A DNA stretch of 64,000 nucleotides from an uncultured Acidobacteriota bacterium. Lineage in GTDB: Bacteria > Acidobacteriota > Thermoanaerobaculia > UBA5066. Positions 1 to 12,597 of the stretch are shown here, one piece after another. Where the stretch lies: assembly GCA_963776915.1 (NCBI GenBank), contig CAVZPE010000013.1:82951-146950 (forward strand), read 5' to 3'. Position 1 is the stretch's first letter; the number at the start of each line of letters is the position of its first letter. The notes beneath the pieces are model-generated. The model was given only the letters and a program-made list of their open reading frames with translations. It was not told where the DNA came from and did no database searches. Position numbers and translations under genes: made by a program.

Positions 1-309
1 TCCTCGACAGGGGAACGTTCATCGCCGACCAGGAGTCCCTTGCGCTCCTCGATCCGAAGTACGGCTGGACGCTGAGCGGGGCCGGTTCCATCACGGGCGA
101 TACCGCGACGCTGAACTTCAAGGCGGGCTGGACCGACTTCGACGATTCCGGCGTCGCACAGGCCCGGCTGGACGCGGACGTGACCTGGTCCGGCACGCGC
201 CAGCCCGTGCCGCCCGAATCGGCGGCGCAGGGCGTGACGGAGTACTTCAAGGGGCCGTCGAACATCGTCTTCAGGACGTCGGCGCCGCACGCGCCGTGCA
301 CGACGACGT

Positions 310-2915
<2,606 letters not shown>

Positions 2916-2928
2916 TCATGAAGGCGTC

Positions 2929-2957
2929 ACGGTAGGGAAGCGACGGAGGCTTGTCAA
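2929..2957 (-). promoter_or_regulatory. sigma70-like promoter for the metY-metX leader
   Basis: On the minus strand, TTGACA (2957-2952), a 17-nt spacer, then TACCGT (2934-2929). It is positioned about 40 nt upstream of the leader ORF. Confidence 0.5.
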
Positions 2958-2995
2958 GCGCGGCGAATGCCGACCCGCGTCTTTCACGACCCCGA

Positions 2996-3030
2996 CGAAG
3001 AAAAAGAGGCCCCTCCCAGGAGAGGCCTCG
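2996..3030 (-). terminator. intrinsic terminator downstream of the RRM protein gene
   Basis: On the minus strand, a GAGGCC..GGCCTC hairpin is followed by CTTTTTCTT, about 40 nt after the TAG at 3068-3070. Confidence 0.6.
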
Positions 3031-3067
3031 GCAGTCTCTCGCCCCGAAAGAAAGGGGAAGGCGGGAG

Positions 3068-3374
3068 CTAGTAGCGCTCGCGGCCGTAGCCGCCGCCGTA
3101 GCTGCTGCGGCCGCCGCCGCCGCCGCGCGCGCGGCTCCTGCGGACGGGCCTCGTTCACGCGCAGCGTGCGGCCGTCGAGCTCCTGCCCGTTGAGGGCGCT
3201 CATCGCCTTCTGGGCGTCGGCGTCGGCCATCTCGACGAAGCCGAAGCCCTTCGACTGGCCGGTCTCGCGGTCGGAGATCACGCGGGCCGATTCGACGGCG
3301 CCGTACGCCTCGAACGTGGAGCGGAGGACGTTGTCGTTGACGGAGTAGGGGAGGTTTCCAACGTAGAGCTTCAT
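3068..3374 (-). CDS. RRM-type RNA-binding protein with Gly/Arg-rich tail (apparent 1-nt frameshift)
   Basis: RNP2 (KLYVGNLPYSV) and RNP1 (KGFGFVEM) motifs are present. After ..RVNEARP the annotated frame becomes Arg-rich nonsense, while the adjacent frame reads the canonical tail ..RGGGGGRSSYGGGYGRERY* ending at 3068. The envelope is 307 nt, one base more than a multiple of 3. Confidence 0.85.
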
Positions 3375-3597
3375 GAGAACGAGTCCTATTCTTACTTTCC
3401 GTTCGGATACGGTTAAGCGGACCGCGTGAGCGGCCAGCGGTCTGGAAGATGGTGGGGAGATCTCGGTGCGGCGGGTCCTCTGCGTGCTCTTCGGGTCCCC
3501 ACCGCCGGTTCAGGTCTGGGGGACGGACACGAATATGACAGCATCGGCCCGGTGAAAGTCAAATCGATCGTTCGTTCTGCGGCGTAGAAAAAGTGCC

Positions 3598-4043
3598 TTG
3601 CCGACCCTCGAATTCTGCGCTCGACCTGCCCGGTGTGACGCAGCGCACGCATCTGGGACTTCCACGGCGATCCCGGCGTTCTCGAGCGCCTCACGCCGCC
3701 GGAGAAAGAGCTTCGAATGGTCGGAAAGGCCCGCGACGATGGGGCCGAGCGGCGCGCGTCGTCCTCGAGCTGCGGCAGTTCGGAGTGCCGCTGCGCTGGA
3801 TCTCGACGTTCGCGGACTGGGAGCCCCCGGTTCGCTTCGTGGACGTGCAGGAGGAGGGGCCGTTCGCCTCCTGGCGGCACGAGCACCTCTTCGCGGACGG
3901 CCGCCTCGTGGATCGCGTGACGTACGAGGTCCCGCTCGCCGCCTTCGGCGGGCGCCTCGTGGACCTGCTTCCTCGTCCGTCCGGAGATCGAGCGGATGTT
4001 CGCGCACCGCCACCGCGTCACCCGGGAGGCGCTCCTCCGATAG
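3598..4043 (+). pseudogene. SRPBCC-family (cyclase/dehydrase-like) gene broken by at least 4 frameshifts
   Basis: Family-typical segments are scattered over all three frames in order: MPTLEF.. / ..WDFHGDPGVLERLTPPEKELRMVGKA.. / ..VVLELRQFGVPLRWISTFADWEPPVRFVDVQEEGPFASWRHEHLF..YEVPLAAFGGRLVDL.. / ..FLVRPEIERMFAHRHRVTREALLR*. Confidence 0.7.
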
Positions 4044-4052
4044 GATCGGCGC

Positions 4053-6077
4053 ATGATCGCCTCCACGCTCTTCGCGATGGCCCTCTCGGCGTCCTCCGTC
4101 TCGCAGGCCAAGACCGCTCTCCTCCAATCGCACGGCGAAGCCCAGCGCGCGCGCATCGAGCGCGGCGTCGACCAGGCCGCTTCGCTCTGGCGCGCCTCCG
4201 ACGGCGACGGAGACGCCTTCGTCGCCTTCGCGAAGGAGAACTTCGCGTCCGACCCGCAGGTCCTCGACGGCCTCCTCCAGCGCTTCGAGGAGAACCTCGA
4301 GTCGCTGGACGGACACATGCTCGAGATCGGCCGCGACCTCTCGCGTCGGACCGTCATCGAGATGGGGCCGATCCTGCCCGTGGACCGGCTGTTCGGCGCG
4401 TGGGAGCCCTCGGCCCACGTCGCCGAGGACCTCTTCGCGCAGAAGATCGCGTTCGTCGCCCTCCTGAACTTCCCGCTCTCGACGCTCGAGGAGCGCCTCG
4501 AGAAGGGCGGCGCCTGGACCCGTCGGCAGTGGGCGGAATCGCGCCTCGCGCGACGCTTCGAGACGCGCGTCCCGGCAGACGTCCAGCAGGGCCTCGCGAA
4601 GGCCTACGCCGACGCCGAGCTCTACATCGCCGAGTACAACGTCTGGATGCACCACGTCGTGGACGCGAAGGGAACGCGCCTCTGGCCGAAGGGCCTGAAG
4701 CTCCTCTCGCACTGGAACCTCCGCGACGAGATCAAGGCGAACTACGCGGCGAAGGACGGCCTGCCGAAGCAGCGCCTCGTCGCGAAGGTCATGGACCGCA
4801 TCGTGACGCAGACGATCCCGGCCGCGGTCGTGGACAACCCCGCGGTCGACTGGGACCCGGTGACGAACGTCGTCACGGCGGCGCCCCCGGCCGAGGTCGA
4901 GACGGGCGGCCGGCCGAAGCCCGCCTCCGGCGAGCGCGAGCCGGACACGCGCTACGCGCGCCTCCTCGCGTGCTACCGGGCCGCTCGCGCCGCGGACCCG
5001 TACTCGCCCACGGAGCCCACGCTCATGCGGCGCCGCTTCGACGTGGACCGCGAGATCCCCGAGGCGCGCGTGGAAGCCCTGTTCACCGGAATCCTGACGT
5101 CGCCGCTCGTCCCGCGCGTCGCGGCGGTGATCGAGAAGCGCCTCGGGCGGAAGCTCGAGCCCTTCGACGTCTGGTACGACGGCTTCCGCCCGCGCGCCGA
5201 CCACCCCGAGGCGGAGCTCGACGCGCTGACGCGGGCGAGGTACCCGACGGCCGAGGCGTACAAGGCCGACCTGCCGCGCCTCTTCGAGGGCCTGGGCTTC
5301 ACGCAGGCCAAGGCGCGCTGGCTCGCGGACCGGATCGTGGTCGACCCGTCGCGCGGCTCCGGGCACGCGCTCGGCGCGCAGATGAAGGGCGACTTTCCGC
5401 ACCTGCGCACGCGCGTCGAGCCGGGCGGGATGGACTACAAGGGCTACAACATCGCCGTCCACGAGATGGGGCACAACGTCGAGCAGCTTTTCTCGCTCTA
5501 CGAGGTGGACCACTGGCTCCTGGCCGGCGTGCCGAACAACGCGTTCACGGAGGCCCTCGCCTTCGTCTTCCAGGCGCGCGATCTCGAGCTCCTCGGCCTG
5601 AAGGGCCCCGGCGCCGGCGCGAAGAGGCTCAAGGCGCTGAACGAGCTCTGGCAGACGTGGGAGATCGCCGGGCCCGCGCTCGTCGACATGCGGGTGTGGC
5701 ACTGGATGTACGACCACCCCGACGCGACGCCCGCCGCGCTGAAGGACGCCGCGGTCGCGATCTCGCGGGAGGTCTGGAACCGGTACTACGCGCCCGTCCT
5801 CGGCGGGAAGGACGCGACGCTGCCCGGCATCTACTCGCACATGGTCGGCTACTTCCTCTACCTCCCCGACTACGTCCTCGGCCACCTCATCGCGAACCAG
5901 GTCGAGGAGCGCTTCGAGAAGTCGGGCCGGCCGCTCGGCGAGGAGTTCGAGCGCGTCGCGAAGTTCGGCTCCCTCACGCCCGACCTCTGGATGAAGAACG
6001 CGACGGGGGAGCCCCTCTCGGCCGGCCCGATGTTCCGGGCTGCCGAGGCGGCCCTCGAGGCCGAGGAAGGGAAATAG
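4053..6077 (+). CDS. secreted zinc metallopeptidase (HExxH..E gluzincin signature), family not resolved
   Basis: 674-aa intact ORF with an N-terminal signal-like segment MIASTLFAMALSASSVSQA. It has the ..AVHEMGHNVE.. motif with a downstream ..FTEALAFVFQ.. Glu. Confidence 0.8.
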   Translation: MIASTLFAMALSASSVSQAKTALLQSHGEAQRARIERGVDQAASLWRASDGDGDAFVAFAKENFASDPQVLDGLLQRFEENLESLDGHMLEIGRDLSRRTVIEMGPILPVDRLFGAWEPSAHVAEDLFAQKIAFVALLNFPLSTLEERLEKGGAWTRRQWAESRLARRFETRVPADVQQGLAKAYADAELYIAEYNVWMHHVVDAKGTRLWPKGLKLLSHWNLRDEIKANYAAKDGLPKQRLVAKVMDRIVTQTIPAAVVDNPAVDWDPVTNVVTAAPPAEVETGGRPKPASGEREPDTRYARLLACYRAARAADPYSPTEPTLMRRRFDVDREIPEARVEALFTGILTSPLVPRVAAVIEKRLGRKLEPFDVWYDGFRPRADHPEAELDALTRARYPTAEAYKADLPRLFEGLGFTQAKARWLADRIVVDPSRGSGHALGAQMKGDFPHLRTRVEPGGMDYKGYNIAVHEMGHNVEQLFSLYEVDHWLLAGVPNNAFTEALAFVFQARDLELLGLKGPGAGAKRLKALNELWQTWEIAGPALVDMRVWHWMYDHPDATPAALKDAAVAISREVWNRYYAPVLGGKDATLPGIYSHMVGYFLYLPDYVLGHLIANQVEERFEKSGRPLGEEFERVAKFGSLTPDLWMKNATGEPLSAGPMFRAAEAALEAEEGK

Positions 6078-6134
6078 CGGCGGGGCGGGAACTTTCCGCC
6101 CGGGGCGGGGTCGAACCCGGCAGGAGACGATGAC

Positions 6135-6787
6135 GTGCCGGCCCGTATCCTCGCCTTCGACGCCTCCCGGGGAGACGACGCCGGTGCGAGAATCGGCCCC
6201 GTGAGCGCGATGGTCCACGCGAGCGAACGGGACTGGCCGGGCGACGAGCGGGCGGTCAGCCGCTTCCTCTCGGGAGACGTCCTCGGGTTCGAGCAGATCG
6301 TGCGCCACTACTCGGGGATGGTCTTCGCGCTGGCGGCCCGGCTCGTGGGGCCCGCGGACGCCGAGGACGTCGTCCAGGAGACGTTTCTGAGGGCGTGGCA
6401 CGGCCTCGAGCGCTTCCGCGGGGACTCCAGCCTCAAGACGTGGCTCTACGCGATCGCGCTCAACCGCGCCCGCGCCCGGCACGGGACTCTCGCGCGCCTC
6501 AGGGCCGTCTTCACGCCCGGGAGGACGCGCGCGGACGACGCTTTCGCGTCCCTCGACGACGCGTCCGACCCCGCGCTCTCCCCCGAGGAGAACGCCGTCC
6601 TGACCGAGCGGCGCCGGCTGCTGCGCGCGGCCGTGCGGGCCCTGCCCGACGAGTTCCGCGTGGCCGTCGTCCTGCGCGACCTCGAAGGCCTCTCGTACGA
6701 GGAGGTCGCCGTCGTTCTCGCCGTGCCGGTCGGCACCGTGCGGAGCCGCCTCGCCCGCGGGCGCGCCCTGCTCAAGGAGAAGCTGTC

Positions 6788-6791
<4 letters not shown>
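6135..6791 (+). CDS. ECF-type RNA polymerase sigma-70 factor
   Basis: Region 2 (..DAEDVVQETFLRAWHGLERFRG..KTWLYAIALNRA..) and region 4 HTH (..LSYEEVAVVLAVPVGTVRSRLARGR..) are present. The true start may be an internal ATG (MVHASE..). Confidence 0.85.
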
Positions 6792-7948
<1,157 letters not shown>

Positions 7949-7972
7949 GCCCTTCAGCCGGCCGGGGCGATC

Positions 7973-8287
7973 TCAGGAGCTGCGGCGGGCGGGCAGGGGA
8001 CGGGCGTCGTCGATCCTGACGGGAAACGAGAGCAGGCGTCCCTCGGGCGGCGGCGTCTGCCAGAAGACGGGGATCTCGGGCAGCCGGAAGAGCTCCCGCA
8101 GGCGATCCGCGTCCACGCGGGCGCGCAGGAAGCCCGCGGCCTCGAGGCGCCTGGCCGCGAGGGTCGCGAGGACGGCGCCGGCGTCGGGGGGAGGCGGCGA
8201 AGGCATGCGGGCCGAGACGTTTCCGTCCTGCACGTGGAACCGCCAGCCCTTTCGCTCGAGCGTGCCGATGAGCTCGGTCATCGTCAT
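7973..8287 (-). CDS. hypothetical 104-aa protein
   Basis: Intact ORF MTMTELIGTLERKGWRFHVQDGNVSARMP..., convergent with the anti-sigma gene. It has a weak, from-memory resemblance to TubC_N-type docking domains (ELxxxLxxxGxxxxxxGxxL). No confident family assignment. Confidence 0.5.
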   Translation of the reverse strand: MTMTELIGTLERKGWRFHVQDGNVSARMPSPPPPDAGAVLATLAARRLEAAGFLRARVDADRLRELFRLPEIPVFWQTPPPEGRLLSFPVRIDDARPLPARRSS

Positions 8288-8364
8288 GGCGGCCCTCCCG
8301 GCGCGCGACGAGCGCGCTCGACCGGAACAACAGCAAGTCCCGCGCCAGGATTCCCGTCTCGTTC

Positions 8365-8393
8365 TTGACGCCCCACCCGCCTCCGCCTACACT
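8365..8393 (+). promoter_or_regulatory. sigma70-like promoter of tRNA-Thr copy 1
   Basis: TTGACG (8365-8370), a 17-nt spacer, then TACACT (8388-8393), 21 nt upstream of the mature tRNA 5' end. Confidence 0.5.
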
Positions 8394-8414
8394 CCCCGTC
8401 CCTTCGGAAAGCGA

Positions 8415-8490
<76 letters not shown>

Positions 8491-8666
8491 GTCTTTCTTG
8501 AGAAAACCCCCTCAATTCCCTACGTATAGGCGAAAGACAGCGCCGCAAGCGTTGAACCGCTGTGCGCCCCGGTTTCTCGCCGGTCGGGCAAGGAGCGGGC
8601 AAGGCAATGGCGAAGGCCAGGAAGCTCCTCGAAACCAATCACATCGAGCAGGCTCCGGCGAGCTGG

Positions 8667-8680
8667 CGAAGTAGCTCAGT
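8667..8680 (+). repeat. 14-nt fragment identical to the 5' part of tRNA-Thr (CGAAGTAGCTCAGT)
   Basis: Exact match to 8418-8431 and 15108-15121, located 177 nt downstream of tRNA copy 1 at the left edge of the insert. It may be a relic of a recombination junction or a chance match. Confidence 0.4.
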
Positions 8681-8789
8681 GCGCCCCTATCTCTAAGACG
8701 CTGCGTCCTCTTCCAGAACGTCCTCTTCCAGCCCCCGGCTCCCCGATCCCCGAAGTCGGGGTGCCCCGGGTCGCCCCGCCTCGCAAACG

Positions 8790-10283
8790 CTAGAAGCTAT
8801 ATCCCAGCTGCACGACCCATGCACCGAGGCCGCCACGTTTCGTGGTTCCGGGTTGACCGACTTGACCGTCGTCCGTGGGCACCGTGGCGAGCATGACGGC
8901 GTATCCGCCATTGATGCTCAGGCTACGAAAGTCGGGCCAGGGAAGGTGAATGCTCAGGCCGACGAAACCGCCCGGCTCGGGCGTGATCACCGCGCCGATC
9001 ACCCACCGGAACACTTCTGAAGCTTGGGGTGTCAGAGTTGTCTCGTCGTACCCGCCGAGAAACGGGAGATCGGCATAGGCATTCACCGACGTCATCACCC
9101 CGTTGAGCGGGTCGTCTACGAGGGTGGTTCCGGAGAGCTTCACCGGTTGATTCCAGTTGGGGTGGAAGACGGCACCGGCACCTAGCCCGAACGACCAGTG
9201 TCTGAGCGGACCAAATGTGTATGCAGTCGTGAGCGTCACGTTGGAAGGAGAGCCGCTGCCCGAGTTGCTCGCGAGCAAGGCGCCGTAGCCGTCATAGATA
9301 GCCCTGACGAGGCTCTTGTGCTCGGGGCGCGCAACTAACTTCACCCGGGTGCCCAGCAACGCCTCCATGTCGGCCTTGATCTTCGCGGTGTCGCCGTAGC
9401 CTATGTATGAATCGCAGGCGGAGGGGCCGCCGAGAGAGTTATTGAGGAGGGTGTCCTTCGTTTCGCCGTTGATCTTGTCGAGGAGTGTCCTGTCCTTATC
9501 GGTCAGGGTTGGGATGGCGGTCGCGATTCGTTTCTCCAGATTGTCGTGGACCGTGCAGGGCGTTACCTCGTTGATGGGTGTCTCGAGTGTGTCTTGCGCG
9601 GTCAGCTGCGCCCACTTGAAGGAAGATGGAAGCTTGGCCTTAGTAAGAACGCACGATGCCGCGCCGCGCGTTGGTCCTAACGCTGCAGGCCCTTTAGCGG
9701 CAGCCGGTGCGACGAGCTTTCCAAGTCCGCCGGCGACGGTAGAAAGTGCTTGTGACAGGCCTGCCGCGATGGGGGACGGTGAGGAGGCGGCGGTATATGT
9801 GGAGTGGATGCCGGACGTACTTCCGTGACGAAAGATGTAGACGGTATACAGTGCGTCGTGTCCGATGAGTCGGGTAGTTCCCAGCGCTGGCTTGGGGGAG
9901 TGACCGTAGAGAACGCGCGCGATTGTCCTTGGCGCGTCCTTGTCGTTGACGAAGACGACGGAAAGGCGTTGGACGTCGGCGGGCAGCTTGTCTCTTACAC
10001 GAGGGTTCGTCGCGGATCTGGTGGACCACGTTGCCGAAGGTGGCTTGTAGCTCGTCCCAGCGATTCTGACGATAATCCTCTATGAGCGTGTCGATATTGA
10101 TTCCTGTGCCGAGATCCAGTTTGCATTCTTCGGTTGGCAGGATCGTGATGCCCGCCGCGGCAGGAGTAGCCCCCGCGTCAGCGGCGGCAGTTCTTGAGCC
10201 GGCGCCGGAGAGTGGAAGGGCGAAGAACGTGGCACCGAGGGCCGTGGCAAGGGCGCGGGGTAATCCAGGGCTCCATCCAGCAT
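8790..10283 (-). CDS. secreted hypothetical protein with beta-barrel-like C-terminus (frameshifted near the 5' end)
   Basis: SD (GGAGAGG) plus an ATG at 10283. A signal-like ..LATALGATFFALPLSGAGS.. sits in an adjacent frame. From about 10030 a single open frame runs to 8790 and ends ..GAWVVQLGYSF* (terminal Phe, alternating pattern). No family was recognised. Confidence 0.55.
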
Positions 10284-10336
10284 GTGTTCCTCTCCTTCTT
10301 GGGGTGAGCGCGTGAACTCCTCGGAGCCCGTTCGAG

Positions 10337-10868
10337 CTACCTTCGAAGGACGACGACATCCACCTCCTCGGAGCGTTCTGTTCCGGACGTCGCCTTGTAG
10401 TGCAGCCAGGTCGCCCCTCCGGTGAGAAAGAGAGCAAGGAGAAACTGCCAGCGTGAGCCGGAGTGGCCCCCCGAGAGTGCTGCACGACGGGGAGGGTGCT
10501 GCAGACGGCGTCGAATGCGGAGAGCTTCAGCAGCATGGTCCAGCCGACGAAGGCAAGCGGAGGGATGAAGATGCGGATCCAGTCGAGCTTCTCCCAATTC
10601 CCGAGCCCTCCCGGCCCGCGGCGTACAGGAAGGCACTAGCGGCGATCAGCGCCCAGAACGCGAATCGCAGAACGGGGAACGCGCTGGTCTGCACACCGCC
10701 CGAGCCCGTGGGATCCGTCGTGAACGCGAGAATGGCGCCGTGGGCCGCGAGGATTTCGGCTGGAACGAGAGCGGCAAATATTTCCAGGATCTTCGGGAGG
10801 TCGTCCGAGCCGTTCTTTCTGAATCTGGTCGCGCTGACCCTGGTCGCGAGACCGTAGGCGAAACTCAT
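10337..10868 (-). CDS. hypothetical multi-pass membrane protein (2 apparent frameshifts)
   Basis: MSFAYGLATRV..ILEIFAALVPAEILAAHGAILAF..FAFWALIAASAFLYAAG / WEKLDWIRIFIPPLAFVGWTMLLKLSAF.. / WQFLLALFLTGGATWLHYK..*. The ATG overlaps the upstream gene's stop (ATGA at 10865-10868). Confidence 0.55.
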
Positions 10869-11101
10869 TTCGACCCTCCTGCCACCGCCCGGTGGCGACT
10901 CCCCGAGGTCCCCTGTGGCAGGAGCGCCAGCGCGCGGTCCCGCAGGAAGCGGAGATGCTTGACGGCGTTTTGGAAGCGAGTCTCGGCCTCTGTTTCCTTC
11001 TGTGCGTCGCCGAGGGCCGCCGTATACGCCTGTACGAAGACGTCATATGAATGTGCCAGCTCGGATTCATGCGCACGCTGGATCACGTCCTTGTCGTTCA
11101 T
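10865..11101 (-). CDS. hypothetical 78-aa helical protein
   Basis: GGAGG SD 4 nt before the ATG at 11101. Sequence: MNDKDVIQRAHESELAHSYDVFVQAYTAALGDAQKETEAETRFQNAVKHLRFLRDRALALL... Its stop overlaps the next start. Confidence 0.5.
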   Translation of the reverse strand: MNDKDVIQRAHESELAHSYDVFVQAYTAALGDAQKETEAETRFQNAVKHLRFLRDRALALLPQGTSGSRHRAVAGGSK

Positions 11102-12274
11102 GGAACCTCCTCGGGTGGGGCTCCTCTTGCTCACGAGTCGCTGAAGAATCTCGCGATGGGTCGCGAGGATGCGGTTCACGTCACAGTGAAACGCGGGGAC
11201 GCGGCCTCCGGCGAGGGCAATCGCGGCCGGGCAGACGAGGCACGCAGCGCGGGCGGGACACCGATGGCAGCGTCGATTCCAGCCCTTCCGGTCCGCGGGC
11301 GCGCGAAGGGAGCGCAGGGTCAATGCGCGGCGTTCGCGCCGCAGGAGCGCGTCTGGCAAGTCGGTGTCGAACACTGTCATGCCGCCGAGCGCGGCTGCGA
11401 TCCTCTCGTGCGTCGGGGCGCGGTCTGGAAGCGCGGACGGGATGAAAGCCGAGCACGGTGCGATGCGGCCGTCCACGTCGACGAAGAGCAGCCCGTGGCT
11501 CCCGCAGCCGCACGCGGGTCCACCTCTCTCGGGCGGTGGAGGGTCGTAGGGCCTCAGCGCGCGAAAGGGGATGCTGCCGGACCTTCGAAACTCGGCTGCC
11601 GAAAGACGAGCCACGGCGGTGAGCTGCGTTACCAGCTCCCTCGCCTGCCGTCTGCTCCACCGTGGCGTTCGTAGGGCGGCTGGCGCCATTTCCACCTCAC
11701 GGACACCGCGCGAGAGAAAGTAGCGGAACGAATCGGCCAAGTGAGACACGTTGGCGGGCGTCAGCGTCATCTTCACGGCAAACCGGTCCCGGAAATGCGC
11801 CGGGTGCTCCCGCCGCCAGCGAACCAGAAGTCGATCCAGCGTTTCGAAGCTCTCCGGGCCGCGCCGCTCCTGCGCGGCCTGGATTCCGTCGCAGGAAAGC
11901 GTGACGTGGACGGCCCGACTCACGAGGAGCCGGACCGTCTCGTCGTCGAGCCGGGTTCCGTTCGTCATGATCCGCACGTCGGGCTTCATCCAGGCGGGCG
12001 CCCACTCGCGGATTTGGCCCAGCGCGCGCCGCACGAGGGGTGCGGCGAGAAGAGGCTCGCCTCCGTAGAGTGTGAACACGGGGACTTTGCAGCCTCGACG
12101 AGACCAAACTTCGGACGGCGGCGTCCAGCACGCTGGCAGGCATCGTCCTCGGATTCCCCCGTTTCTGATAGCAGTACTCGCAGCGCAGGTTGCAGCGCGT
12201 CGCGTGAGCATCGCTTCCACGGCCTCGACTCCCGGATCGAGGAGAGCCGCAACGGCCCGAGAGCGGCTCCTCAT
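11102..12274 (-). CDS. radical SAM enzyme with SPASM-like C-terminal Cys clusters (at least 2 apparent frameshifts; 3' end uncertain)
   Basis: CNLRCEYCY (CxxxCxxC), ..VFTLYGGEPLL.., ..VRIMTNGTRL.., then ..ACGCGSHGLLFVDVDGRIAPCS.. and ..CHRCPARAACLVCPA... The ATG at 12274 overlaps the upstream stop (ATGA). Confidence 0.75.
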
Positions 12275-12556
12275 CGGCGTACGGGCTTTCGACCCTTCTT
12301 CTTGCCTCCCGTTTCGATTGTGTCGAGCACGAACACGAAGATCTCCGCGAGCGTTTGATCGTCGGCTTTGTGCTCGTCGCGGCGGCATTTGAAGCCGGGT
12401 TGGGGACCAATGCTCGGCAGCAGATGGGACGGAACCCACGACATTTACCGGGCCGTGAATGTCTTGCAGCCTTTTGATGGCGTCGGCGACACGGGTCGAG
12501 AGCCTCTCGAGATAATCGATCAGCTCCTTTGGGTCCACTCTGATCGTTGTCGGCAT
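12271..12556 (-). CDS. small ORF(s) upstream of the radical SAM gene (one ~95-aa frameshifted protein, or two ORFs joined at TAAATG)
   Basis: AGGAG SD 7 nt before the ATG at 12556: MPTTIRVDPKELIDYLERLSTRVADAIKRLQDIHGPVN... The adjacent frame has an ATG directly after a TAA and reads MSWVPSHLLPSIGPQPGFKCRRDEHKADDQTLAEIFVFVLDTIETGGKKKGRKPVRR*. Confidence 0.45.
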
Positions 12557-12597
12557 GGGAGTTCTCCTTTTGCCGGGTGTCACGTGGGGCCGCGCCG

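Noticed and set aside
3532-3562. TTGACT ... CATATT promoter-like pair upstream of the RRM protein gene.
   Set aside because: The spacer is 18-19 nt depending on the -10 choice, and the -10 match is only 3-4 of 6. It is plausible but not strong enough to list as a feature.
3510-6482. 990-aa minus-strand ORF, and similar giant ORFs such as 310-2742(-), 22249-24633(-), 47473-49461(-) and 24119-25831(-).
   Set aside because: Their translations are Arg/Ala/Gly/Pro-rich and low in complexity. They lie antisense to, or out of frame with, genes that show clear family motifs. Long stop-free shadow frames are expected at this GC content.
8497-8790. Searched the left island border for an integrase, excisionase or att-like 3'-tRNA duplication.
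   Set aside because: Only a very short ORF (MAKARKLLETNHIEQAPASW..) and non-coding sequence are present. Nothing resembles a tyrosine or serine recombinase.
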